In this document: one piece after another, positions 49,283 to 58,524 of the stretch | Numbering within the stretch: the first letter of the stretch is position 1 | Layout: the number at the start of each line of letters is the position of its first letter | Assembly: GCA_964561855.1 (NCBI GenBank) | Contig: CAZLQP010000005.1 | Span: 1,153 to 65,152 of the forward strand | Direction: 5' to 3' | Source: an uncultured Burkholderiales bacterium | GTDB taxonomy: Bacteria > Actinomycetota > Acidimicrobiia > IMCC26256 > JAGPDB01 | Length of the DNA: 64,000 nucleotides | The notes under the pieces: generated by a model | What the model saw: the letters and a program-made list of their open reading frames with translations, nothing else | What the model was told of the DNA's origin: nothing | Databases searched by the model: none | Made by a program: the position numbers and the translations under genes

Positions 49283-50029
49283 ATGAGCAGAAAAGTTAAA
49301 GTAAAACGCATCTCCCCAGCAGGAGTGCCATCTCCTGATACAGGAAAATATGTGCTTTATATATTTCTAGTCATGCTCATTTTGCTTGCGGGATTTGGTC
49401 TCGGTAGATATACATCTTCTAAGGGTTCATCCAGCTCCGATTTGGCTATTGCGGAAAGGACTCCTATTGGGGAGGCTTACTCGGCTTACGGACCCAGTGA
49501 TGTTAAAGGAATTGTTCCTGTTGGGTTTAAACGAGAACTTCAAGGAGCAGTAACTGCAGCTACTGCTTATGTTGGAATGACGCCACGTTTATTTTTTGCG
49601 GAAGACAATGTATTTGAAGTCTCTGCAATCCAACTAACAACACCTACTTTTACACAAGAGTTTATTGATGGAATCGCAACTCCTAGAAGTGAAGCTCGCA
49701 GATATTATCGAACTGATCGAGATGCATTTATGAGGGAATTTCCAGTTGGTTATACAATCCAATCCGCAGAGCAAGATAAAGTTACAGTTGCGGTTTGGTC
49801 AGTATTGATGGTCGCTGCAAAGCCCGAAATTCAAGGTGCTACTGAATCAAAAGTGCATTTAATTGATCTTGAGTGGTATAACAACGATTGGAAAGTTGCT
49901 GGATGGGTAACTGGTCCTGGTCCAACGCCGAACTGGCAAGCACCATCTAGTTCAATTCTTTCAGTCGATGAGTTTTTAGAAGTTATCAAACCATTTGATG
50001 GAGGGTATGATTATGTACCTAGTTTCTAG
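49283..50029 (+). CDS. conjugation-type T4SS membrane component (VirB8/TcpC-like, tentative)
   Basis: Single TM; GIVPVGFKRELQGAVTAATAY and VAVWSVL...HLIDLEWYNNDWKV resemble actinobacterial ICE proteins. Confidence 0.6.
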   Translation: MSRKVKVKRISPAGVPSPDTGKYVLYIFLVMLILLAGFGLGRYTSSKGSSSSDLAIAERTPIGEAYSAYGPSDVKGIVPVGFKRELQGAVTAATAYVGMTPRLFFAEDNVFEVSAIQLTTPTFTQEFIDGIATPRSEARRYYRTDRDAFMREFPVGYTIQSAEQDKVTVAVWSVLMVAAKPEIQGATESKVHLIDLEWYNNDWKVAGWVTGPGPTPNWQAPSSSILSVDEFLEVIKPFDGGYDYVPSF

Positions 50030-52322
50030 ACTAAAAACTTCTGTAGCGCTTTTATTTGTACTGGTGTTAGTCTCGACGATTGTTTTATTTGCAACGCCAG
50101 AAAAAGCTGAGGCAACAACCTTGTCATCTGGCAGGTCATTAACATATTTTTCTGCATCTACTTTTGGTGCGATGCCAGCAGAGTATCCAGCGAGCTTGCA
50201 AGCCTTCGGTGGGGTAAGACCTGTAAGTTGGTGGGATTCTATTGCTTCACTTGGAAACAATATTGCATGTTTTAATGCGATTGGAGCAGCGTTGTCAGCA
50301 ACTACTGGAGTTTGTGACGATTCGGTTATGGGATCTGTGGTTGAAAAAATTGAAGAAGCTCTTGATTGCGTGAAAGAGCCTATGGATTGTATCACTAAGT
50401 ATATTTTCGACGTTTTAGGTGGGGCAGTTGGTTGGGCTGTAAATGGAGTAGTGACTCTTGTAACTGGGACCAATGCGGAGTGTATTCGTCCAGGAGATGA
50501 ATCTCCTACATTTAATGATGATGCAAGAGCAAGAGAAACTCTAGATCAGAGGTTGGCAGGTTTTGACTCTTCTGGAGCATGGACAGCTGCACAAGATTTT
50601 AGATGTTCTGAACGAATCTCGCTAGATTATTTCGGACCTGGTGCTGGAGAGACTCAAGATATTTTTGCAGCGATTAATGATGCTAGAGCTACAGAGTTAA
50701 GGCAGATCAGACAGCAAATGAGTGATCTTAGCCAACAGGGAATTACTTCAGGTGAAGAATACGAGGCGTTGGTCGCGAGACAAGCTTTGCTAAATGAAAC
50801 GGCCGGAGATGTTTCAGAAGCTGATGCAATTACTAGAGGGCAAGCTGTCAACAGCGTTTTTTGGACACCTAAATCAACAGTAAGCACAGAAACTTTCAAG
50901 AGAGAGTATGGAAAGTATGTTCTTATTTCGGTCATGATAATGGTTCCAATGATTATCGCAGCTGCATTGCAGTCGCTGATCACAGGAAAAGCTGCATTGA
51001 TGATGCGTGGAGTTTTCATTCATATGCCAGTTGCTATATTTGGAATGATTATTGCGCCTTATCTTGTACGCACGCTAATGGCCATAACAGATACGTTTTC
51101 GTCATTCATCATTGCTGATGTGTCAAACGATGTGCAAGGTTTCTTTACTAATTCGTCTGAATTAATGACAGGGCTGTTTATTTCAATGGGGGTTTATGTG
51201 CTCCTACCCGCTTTCTTGATCGTGCTGGTGTTTTTGTTCGCGTCCTTGATGGTGTGGTTTATTCTCAACGTCCGTGAAGCTTCCATTTCTTTGGTCGCAG
51301 TGTTTTTGCCAATCGCATTAGCTGCGAGCATCTGGCCAGCTCTTGGAAGTTGGGCGATTAAAGCAATCAAGCTATTGGTGGCTTCAATAATTTCGAAGAT
51401 ATTTATTGTCGGTGCAATAAGTTTGGGTATTGGAATTTTTACTGGAGGTGCAGATACTGAAGGGATAGCATTTTCGCTTTCTCACTTAGTTTATGGTTCA
51501 GTTATCTTCTTGATCGCCGCATTTCAGCCAATGTTGGTCTTGAGATTCATGGATGAAATTGGTGACTCGATGACCAACGAAGGTAAGTCTGGTGGTTTTG
51601 CTAAGGGTGTTGCAATTGGTAATGGGCTTCAAGCATTAACTGGTAAGACCCCGTTGGGTGGATTATTAGGTAAAGGTGGTAGTGCTGCTTCAAGTTTAGC
51701 TAGCCCTTCTGGTGCAAGCCCTACCTCAGGTACGGGATCCGCACCTGGTGGTTCATCTGGTGGCCCGGCAAAGTTGTCTCCAGCGGCAAAAGCTGCAGTA
51801 AATGCAGCTACCTCTCCAAAAGGAACAGGCGGAGGAACTTCCCCAGGTGGAGGAAACTCAAGCCCTAAAGGCGGAAATACAAGTCCTGGAGGTACGAATG
51901 GAGGAAGTACCCCACTACCTGCTGGCGCTAATGGTGGGCATGATATTTCAGGACAACGAAATAGCGGATTATTGGTGCCATCAAGCATGAGTGAAAACAG
52001 CGGAGGTGGAGGTGATTCTGGAGGCTATCCCGATGGTTCTAGTTCAAATTTCAACACCGGAGAATACCAGGCGCCTGGACAAGCAAGTGCTCCGGATCTA
52101 GGCCAGATAAGTGCAAATCTCGCAAACTTCTCAGGTGGAGGGGGTGGAGGAGCTCCGACTTCTACGACAGGTGGAGGCAATGTGGGTGCTACTGCACCTA
52201 GAAAAGGATTGATAAATCGCGGGCTAACAAGAGCTGCGAAAGACGGAGGCAAAGCAGGCGTATTAGGAGCGATGGCAAGATTAACTATGGGCGATCCGCG
52301 CAATCAGCAACAGGGCGCATAA
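50013..52322 (+). CDS. VirB6/TrbL-like T4SS channel protein with Cys-rich N-terminal domain and Gly/Ser-rich tail
   Basis: Signal-like N-terminus; central multi-TM region with VAVFLPIALAASIWP...W...LLVASIISK typical of TrbL/VirB6; SD GGAGGG before ATG 50013. Confidence 0.78.
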   Translation: MYLVSRLKTSVALLFVLVLVSTIVLFATPEKAEATTLSSGRSLTYFSASTFGAMPAEYPASLQAFGGVRPVSWWDSIASLGNNIACFNAIGAALSATTGVCDDSVMGSVVEKIEEALDCVKEPMDCITKYIFDVLGGAVGWAVNGVVTLVTGTNAECIRPGDESPTFNDDARARETLDQRLAGFDSSGAWTAAQDFRCSERISLDYFGPGAGETQDIFAAINDARATELRQIRQQMSDLSQQGITSGEEYEALVARQALLNETAGDVSEADAITRGQAVNSVFWTPKSTVSTETFKREYGKYVLISVMIMVPMIIAAALQSLITGKAALMMRGVFIHMPVAIFGMIIAPYLVRTLMAITDTFSSFIIADVSNDVQGFFTNSSELMTGLFISMGVYVLLPAFLIVLVFLFASLMVWFILNVREASISLVAVFLPIALAASIWPALGSWAIKAIKLLVASIISKIFIVGAISLGIGIFTGGADTEGIAFSLSHLVYGSVIFLIAAFQPMLVLRFMDEIGDSMTNEGKSGGFAKGVAIGNGLQALTGKTPLGGLLGKGGSAASSLASPSGASPTSGTGSAPGGSSGGPAKLSPAAKAAVNAATSPKGTGGGTSPGGGNSSPKGGNTSPGGTNGGSTPLPAGANGGHDISGQRNSGLLVPSSMSENSGGGGDSGGYPDGSSSNFNTGEYQAPGQASAPDLGQISANLANFSGGGGGGAPTSTTGGGNVGATAPRKGLINRGLTRAAKDGGKAGVLGAMARLTMGDPRNQQQGA

Positions 52323-52381
52323 AACGAAATTCTTAAATGACCAAAAGCGGCTGACACAGAAACATGAACAAAGGGTGATAT

Positions 52382-53830
52382 ATGGCACAAGGTTATAAAC
52401 TTGGTGGCGCTGAGCCAAAGAAACTATTCATGGGATTCAGAACATCTCAAGTAGTTATTTTAGCTATTGGCGTGATGTTAGGTTTTATTGCTGTTGCTGC
52501 AAATCAACTTCTTTTAGTTTTAGTTATATTCGGTTTTGCAGTCGCAATTGCTTTTTTGCCTTTTGGCGGGAGAAATTTAGATGAGTGGATCCCAATTTTT
52601 GCGCGTTGGACAATAACAGGATCCAAAGGAAGACAACATCATAGCGTTGCTCCGCTTTTAGGTCACACAGATAAAAAAAGTCAGATGATTGGGCCTCCAC
52701 CTTTTCTTAAAGGCGTGAAACTTTTAAAGGTTGTCAACTCTGATAATCGCGAGATTGCTGTGATTAAAGATGCACAAGCAGGAACATATTCTGGCGTGCT
52801 ACAAATAAGTGGTGGTTCTTTTGTGCTTTCGTCTTCTGCTGACCAAGAAGTTCAACTAGCAAATTGGGGATCAGTTTTAGCAAGATTTTCTAGAGAAGGT
52901 TCACTAATAAATAGAGTGCAATGGATAGAGCGAGCAATACCTGAAAACTCTCAAGCAATGCACGAGTATTTTGATGGTGCAGCAGCACTTGGCGAAGATA
53001 ATCTTGCAACTCAATCTTATCTAGAGCTTATTGATTCAGCAGCACCGATTACAACATCACACGAAGTCTTTTTGGTTATACAAATTTCTCAACTTAAATG
53101 TGCAAAACAAATAAAGCAAGCCGGCGGTGGAGATGATGGCGCATGTGAGGTTCTAATCAGAGAGCTAACGCATGCTGCAAATCAAGTAGCGAGTGCTGGC
53201 TTTAATGTATTGAAAGTTTTAAATCGAGATGATGCGGTAAGACTCATTCGCACATCTTTTGAACCAGATGTAAACGAGGAACTAGTAAAGAAACAGGCAC
53301 AAGGTTATTCAATGAATGAAATCTGGCCTGTAACTACAGAAACCGAATGGGATCTATTTCACTCTGATGGATCTTTTCATAGAACATTTTGGATTTCTGA
53401 TTTTCCTCGAACAGAAGTGGGTGCAGACTTTCTATCAAACTTGATGCTGCAGAGTCAGATCACCCGGACGGTCAGCGTTGTGATGGAACCGCTCTCACCC
53501 ACTAAAGCCTTGCACGAAGTAGAAGTAGCGCGCACCTCTTTCTTAGCGGATCAAGATATCCGAGACAAAGCAGGTTATGTTACAAACGCTACTCGTCAAC
53601 GAGAGTTTGAAAAACTCCAACAACGAGAACAAGAACTCGCAGATGGACACGGTGCATATCGATTCTCTGCTTACTTAACATGTTCAGCGCCAGATGAAGA
53701 ATCTCTAGAGTATGCCTCACAAGCATTAGAACAAGCAGCACACCAATCGCACCTAGTATTGCGAACATTATATGGTGAACAAGACAATGCATTTGCTACA
53801 CGCTTGCCTTTCGGAAGAGGTCTGGTATGA
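52382..53830 (+). CDS. SCO6880-family protein (PrgI/VirB3-like N-terminus)
   Basis: LFMGFRTSQV plus two TM, LPFGGRNLDEW, WGSVLA, VQWIER, HRTFWISDFPR, QQREQELADGH, GEQDNAFATRLPFGRG. Confidence 0.85.
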   Translation: MAQGYKLGGAEPKKLFMGFRTSQVVILAIGVMLGFIAVAANQLLLVLVIFGFAVAIAFLPFGGRNLDEWIPIFARWTITGSKGRQHHSVAPLLGHTDKKSQMIGPPPFLKGVKLLKVVNSDNREIAVIKDAQAGTYSGVLQISGGSFVLSSSADQEVQLANWGSVLARFSREGSLINRVQWIERAIPENSQAMHEYFDGAAALGEDNLATQSYLELIDSAAPITTSHEVFLVIQISQLKCAKQIKQAGGGDDGACEVLIRELTHAANQVASAGFNVLKVLNRDDAVRLIRTSFEPDVNEELVKKQAQGYSMNEIWPVTTETEWDLFHSDGSFHRTFWISDFPRTEVGADFLSNLMLQSQITRTVSVVMEPLSPTKALHEVEVARTSFLADQDIRDKAGYVTNATRQREFEKLQQREQELADGHGAYRFSAYLTCSAPDEESLEYASQALEQAAHQSHLVLRTLYGEQDNAFATRLPFGRGLV

Positions 53831-55113
53831 GCGCTGTTCCTGATGTAAAGCTCAAGTGGATTGATCCAACTGCTGTATTTGTTCCACCACATCGTGCAAC
53901 CACAGCACACCTTCAAGCTGTGTTTCCTTTAATGTACTCTCCAGGCTTAGGTTCGCGAGGAACATACATTGGCCGCGAGCTAATGGGCGGATCGTTTTGT
54001 TATGACCCTTGGGAACTTTATGCGCAAGGTTTATTGACCAACCCAAACATGTTAATTATCGGACAAGTTGGTCGTGGTAAGTCTTCACTTGTAAAGAGTT
54101 TATTGGTTCGACAACAAGTTTTTGGTCGACGTGCAGCAGTATTGGATCCAAAAGGTGAATATGAAGGACTAGCAAAGGTTTTAGGAGCTCCTGTTGTAAA
54201 AATTGCACCTGGAGGAAATGTTCGAATCAATCCTCTAGATCCGGGACTTAGCATTGGTTTGGTTGAACATGATGAAATCTTTCGACGACAAACCACTTTG
54301 CTTCAAGCCTTAGCTGCATCTTCTTTGAATCGAGAATTATCACCAGAAGAACGAACTGCCTGTGATTTAGCGTTAGCGGACTTTCACGAATTCAATCACG
54401 GCAAAGTTCCAACAATTCCAGACATAGTCGAGTGGTTATTACATCCTCGAGAAGAAGCGGCATTAACTGTAGGTGCTACTGCAGATCAAATCGCTCATGG
54501 AGTGAGAGAGGTTGCTCTTGAACTTCGTCGAATGTGTCACGGTGATTTAAAAGGTATGTTCGATGGTCATACAAATATCACAGTTGATTGGGATGGACCA
54601 TTGGTTGTAATTGACCTATCTGCAGTGTTCTCTTCTTCTGCATTAGGGTTGTTGATGACATGTGCAACTGCTTGGATGCAAAGTGCAATCGTTAGACCTA
54701 ATGCTGGTCGACGATTCATAGTTGTAGATGAGGCTTGGGCTGTTTTAAGTAACGTCGGTGTAGCTCGATGGTTACAGCAGTCTTACAAACTTTCTCGTGC
54801 ATATGGTATCTCTAACGTTGCAGTTATGCACCGTGTTAGCGACCTTCAAGCTTCAGGTGCAGTAGGTTCCGAAGCTTATGCGCTTGCAAGAGGTTTGTTA
54901 TCTGATACAGAAACTAGAGTGATATATGGACAACCGCACTCTGAAGTTGAAATGGCACAAGAACTTTTAGGTTTGTCAGAGTCAGAAGCAGGATTACTTC
55001 CTCAACTAGGTAGAGGACAAGCGCTATGGAAGGTCGGCTTGAGATCATTTTTGATCGAACATATATTAGGAGAGACCGAACTAGCAATAGTTGACACAGA
55101 CGCAAGAATGTAA
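53827..55113 (+). CDS. virB4: VirB4-like T4SS ATPase
   Basis: HRATTAHL, GQVGRGKSS Walker A, VLDPKGEY, RRFIVVDEAW Walker B, KLSRAYG; overlaps the SCO6880 stop. Confidence 0.9.
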   Translation: MSAVPDVKLKWIDPTAVFVPPHRATTAHLQAVFPLMYSPGLGSRGTYIGRELMGGSFCYDPWELYAQGLLTNPNMLIIGQVGRGKSSLVKSLLVRQQVFGRRAAVLDPKGEYEGLAKVLGAPVVKIAPGGNVRINPLDPGLSIGLVEHDEIFRRQTTLLQALAASSLNRELSPEERTACDLALADFHEFNHGKVPTIPDIVEWLLHPREEAALTVGATADQIAHGVREVALELRRMCHGDLKGMFDGHTNITVDWDGPLVVIDLSAVFSSSALGLLMTCATAWMQSAIVRPNAGRRFIVVDEAWAVLSNVGVARWLQQSYKLSRAYGISNVAVMHRVSDLQASGAVGSEAYALARGLLSDTETRVIYGQPHSEVEMAQELLGLSESEAGLLPQLGRGQALWKVGLRSFLIEHILGETELAIVDTDARM

Positions 55114-55148
55114 ACAGCCCTGGGGGTCTGATCCCCCAAAAGGAAACG

Positions 55149-57854
55149 ATGAATCAAACGCCAGCAGGGACAACAAGGAACTTGGGACTCACCCCCATGG
55201 AGTCCATAATTTTTGCTGTCGTAGTTATCTTTTTAGGGCTTGGAGTTTTACTTTTCGTTGCCGGTGAACTCTCTGGTGTGATCTTTAATCAAGATCGACC
55301 TGCTGCATCTGCTGCAAACATTCCATCAATTGCTGCAGGCGTTGTTAGTAACCTCGGCGATCCTGCACAAGCGTGGCCTGAAGAATCTCGAGATGCTGTT
55401 CCGGGTCCTATTCCTTATTATTTCACTTTGCTTTTCATTATTGTAGGTTTAGTAATTGGCGCTAAATATGCTCATGGTTTTTGGACGGGTACATTTGGAA
55501 ACAAAGATCTCAACAATGCACAATGGGCAAAAGCTCGGGACTTAAAACCTTTAATTGTGCAACAAGCTGGAATTCGTGGACGACTTGTTCTTGGTCGAAG
55601 TAGCGGAAAGCTAATTGCGACTGAACCTCGAATGAGTGTCATCGTTTTGGGTCCTACACAGACTGGTAAAACAACTGGTTTTGCTGTTCCTGCAATTTTG
55701 GAATGGGACGGACCAGTAATTGCTGCTTCGGTGAAGAACGACCTTGTTAAAGACACGTTCAAATGGCGCAAAACACAAGGTGATGTTTGGCTATTTGACC
55801 CAACACGTTCTACAGGTTTTGATTACGAAGAAGTGCGTGCAGGTTGGTCGCCATTGTCTCAAGCAATTGAATGGGGCGGAGCGAGAAAAGTTGCTTCTTG
55901 GTTGTGTAAAGCCAATAAAGCTGCAGGTAATAATTTAAGTGATGGTGACTTTTGGTTTTCAGCTGCTGAAAAATTAATGTCTCCTTATCTTTTTGCTGCT
56001 GCTGTTGGCGGAAAAGATATGTCAACAATTCTTCGTTGGATTGACACGCAAGAAGAACGTGAAGTTTTGTCTATCTTGCAACGCGCAGGTGTTGGTGAAG
56101 CAATGACTGCTTTTGAAGCAAATATGAAACGTGATGAACGAACAAAGTCATCTATCTTTACAACTGCCGAAACAATTATCGATGCTTATAACGATCCACT
56201 TGTTTGTGAGTCAGCAGCAAACCCCACAATTTTCTCAAGTGAATTATTAAACGGTGGAAAAAATACACTTTACATTTGTGCGCCTTCGCATGAGCAGGAA
56301 CGTTTGCAATCTATCTTTACAGCAATTGTTTCTCAGATGAAATCTGCAGCGTATGAGCTAGCCGGTAAACAAAACCGACCGATCGATCCACCGCTTCTAA
56401 TATGTATTGACGAGGCTGCAAATATTGCACCTCTTTCGGATCTAGATGCAATCGCATCTACGGCTGCTGGTATTGGTATTCAGCTAGTAACAATTTTCCA
56501 GGATATGGCACAGATCGAATCTCGCTATAAAGATCGTGCGAGAACAGTGGTAAACAACCACCGTGCAAAAGTGGTGCTGTCAGGTATTTCGGACTCAGGA
56601 ACTTTAGAATATGTTTCAAAGATTTGTGGTGAAGAAGAAGTAGAACAAACATCCACAAACATTTCTGCACAAGGTGAACGTTCTACTACTGAATCGAAGC
56701 AACAACGCACACTTGCAAGTGGCTCTTACTTACGTCGTATGAAATTTGGTGAAGGAATTGTTGTTTACGGTCAACTTGCTCCTGCGAAATTAGTTTTACG
56801 TCCTTGGTATAAGGATCGCGTATTAAAACACATGGTGGAACACGGATCAAAGCCCGGAGTTATGGGCGGTTCTTCTGGAGCCAACACATTTGCAGGTGCC
56901 GATAAAATCGTCAAAGATCCAAAGTCTCAAGAAGTTCTCTCTAGCGTTCCTCGTGATTCAACTCAGTTCTCAAATCAATCAGCTAATGAAATGAGTCCTA
57001 CGGGAAGTCCCTATGCGTCGAAACAATTAGGCTCTGTTGCAACCGATCCTTCGTTTGCTCAACAAAGCTCGCCTCAAGCTGATGGTCAACTTTCCGCATT
57101 TGATAAAGCGCTAGCTGAATTGCGAGCAAGAGATACCACAACTCCGCCGCAGCCAGAGCAACCTAGCGGTGATATATCATCTCAGCCGCCACAGTTTCCG
57201 GCAACGGCGCCAACGCCATCTCCAAGTTTTGGCGATATGCCACAGACTGGTGTTGCGCCTGCACCGAGCAGTTTTTCCGCAACTCCAACATCAGAACCAA
57301 AATATACTCCTGGTGTACCTTTAATTTCTGAAGAGCCACAAGTGTCATCTGCTAGTCCATCTAAATGGAAACCGACATCTGGGGGAGTACCTGAAGAGCC
57401 AAGCGTTCCTTCTGGTTTCGCTGCTGTTGCTAAACCTGTTACGCCATCTCCAACACCTGCAGTCGAAACTCCTTTAGCTCCAACTATACCGACAGACACA
57501 ACATCGGCAACATCTGCATCAAGTGCGACTTCGTCAAAGTGGTCAAAAGGTTCGCATCCAAAATTTAAATCAAGTGATACGACGGCTCCTCAAGTCCCGA
57601 CTCCGCCACAAGCTGCACCACCACAATCTTCGCCAACACAAGCTACTCCGCCAACAGCTCCTGTACCGCCAACTACACCTGCGCCTTCGGTACAAACTCC
57701 ACCAGTAGATGTATCAGATTTGTTTGCTCAGTATTCGTCCACAGGGGTAGTTCCATCAGCTAATGAGGATGAAGAAGAGGACAAGCCGACAAATGAGTCC
57801 GTGCTTTCTCAACCAGAATCCCAACCTCCTGCGCCAAAATCAAAATGGAAATAG
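55149..57854 (+). CDS. virD4: VirD4/TraG-like type IV coupling protein with long Pro/Ser/Thr-rich tail
   Basis: Two N-terminal TMs, VLGPTQTGKT Walker A, WLFDP, CIDEAANIAPL Walker B, IFQDMAQI, NNHRAKV. Confidence 0.92.
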   Translation: MNQTPAGTTRNLGLTPMESIIFAVVVIFLGLGVLLFVAGELSGVIFNQDRPAASAANIPSIAAGVVSNLGDPAQAWPEESRDAVPGPIPYYFTLLFIIVGLVIGAKYAHGFWTGTFGNKDLNNAQWAKARDLKPLIVQQAGIRGRLVLGRSSGKLIATEPRMSVIVLGPTQTGKTTGFAVPAILEWDGPVIAASVKNDLVKDTFKWRKTQGDVWLFDPTRSTGFDYEEVRAGWSPLSQAIEWGGARKVASWLCKANKAAGNNLSDGDFWFSAAEKLMSPYLFAAAVGGKDMSTILRWIDTQEEREVLSILQRAGVGEAMTAFEANMKRDERTKSSIFTTAETIIDAYNDPLVCESAANPTIFSSELLNGGKNTLYICAPSHEQERLQSIFTAIVSQMKSAAYELAGKQNRPIDPPLLICIDEAANIAPLSDLDAIASTAAGIGIQLVTIFQDMAQIESRYKDRARTVVNNHRAKVVLSGISDSGTLEYVSKICGEEEVEQTSTNISAQGERSTTESKQQRTLASGSYLRRMKFGEGIVVYGQLAPAKLVLRPWYKDRVLKHMVEHGSKPGVMGGSSGANTFAGADKIVKDPKSQEVLSSVPRDSTQFSNQSANEMSPTGSPYASKQLGSVATDPSFAQQSSPQADGQLSAFDKALAELRARDTTTPPQPEQPSGDISSQPPQFPATAPTPSPSFGDMPQTGVAPAPSSFSATPTSEPKYTPGVPLISEEPQVSSASPSKWKPTSGGVPEEPSVPSGFAAVAKPVTPSPTPAVETPLAPTIPTDTTSATSASSATSSKWSKGSHPKFKSSDTTAPQVPTPPQAAPPQSSPTQATPPTAPVPPTTPAPSVQTPPVDVSDLFAQYSSTGVVPSANEDEEEDKPTNESVLSQPESQPPAPKSKWK

Positions 57855-57927
57855 GGATTTTAAATCTAGAATCCAATAAACTGGAAACCTTTTTGTAGAG
57901 CAAGTAGGATCTAGAAAAGGCAAATTA

Positions 57928-58356
57928 ATGCAAAGTAGAACTATGAGTGAAGAAATTTCAGAAGAACTCGAAGAGATAGCAAATAAGCTGACTTCCAGGC
58001 GCGGAGCTCCTGAACAAGAGCAGAATAATTCAGGCTCTACTGGAGATGTCGTAAATCGCCTTGAAAAAATTGGTATTCACACTCATAAGGCAAAAGTCGC
58101 AGAAGTGGCTGACCTGTTATTTGGTGGAGACGTCCGTACTCGACCTGGTGCGCACCGAAGAATTGATGATCAACAGTTTGAAATTCTGGCTAGGGCATTT
58201 TTGCTTTACGTTAATTTTAGCTATGAATTCGAAGAAATCGCTGATTTTATTAATGGAAAATCGAGCTACGATGACGTTTTGTTCCGATTGAAAGCTGGAC
58301 TTGTTCTTATCGATGAAATTGCTGAACAAGCTGGTATTTCGCCTCAAAATAGCTAA
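57928..58356 (+). CDS. hypothetical protein directly downstream of virD4
   Basis: 142-aa ORF (possible start ATG 57943); acidic and helical; no family recognised. Confidence 0.65.
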   Translation: MQSRTMSEEISEELEEIANKLTSRRGAPEQEQNNSGSTGDVVNRLEKIGIHTHKAKVAEVADLLFGGDVRTRPGAHRRIDDQQFEILARAFLLYVNFSYEFEEIADFINGKSSYDDVLFRLKAGLVLIDEIAEQAGISPQNS

Positions 58357-58524
58357 AAATTGGCTAGATTCTATTTTTAGAGCAGATCTCTCAAAATATT
58401 GTATAAAATTGTGAATAAATACTGAATTTCGCCTTGTAATATGCCGAAAAACCAGGCAAAATAACAGTACAAATAATATTGAATTGGAAAATTCTATTTT
58501 GAAATTGAAAAGATCAGGTGTCAA

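Noticed and set aside
55121-55138. TGGGGG-n6-CCCCCA hairpin between virB4 and virD4 as a terminator
   Set aside because: The stem is only 6 bp with no U-tract; at most an mRNA-stabilising or translation-modulating hairpin.
51620-57854. Gly/Ser- and Pro-rich stretches as CRISPR or tandem DNA repeats
   Set aside because: The repetition is at amino-acid level with variable codons; there is no repeat-spacer periodicity anywhere in the window.
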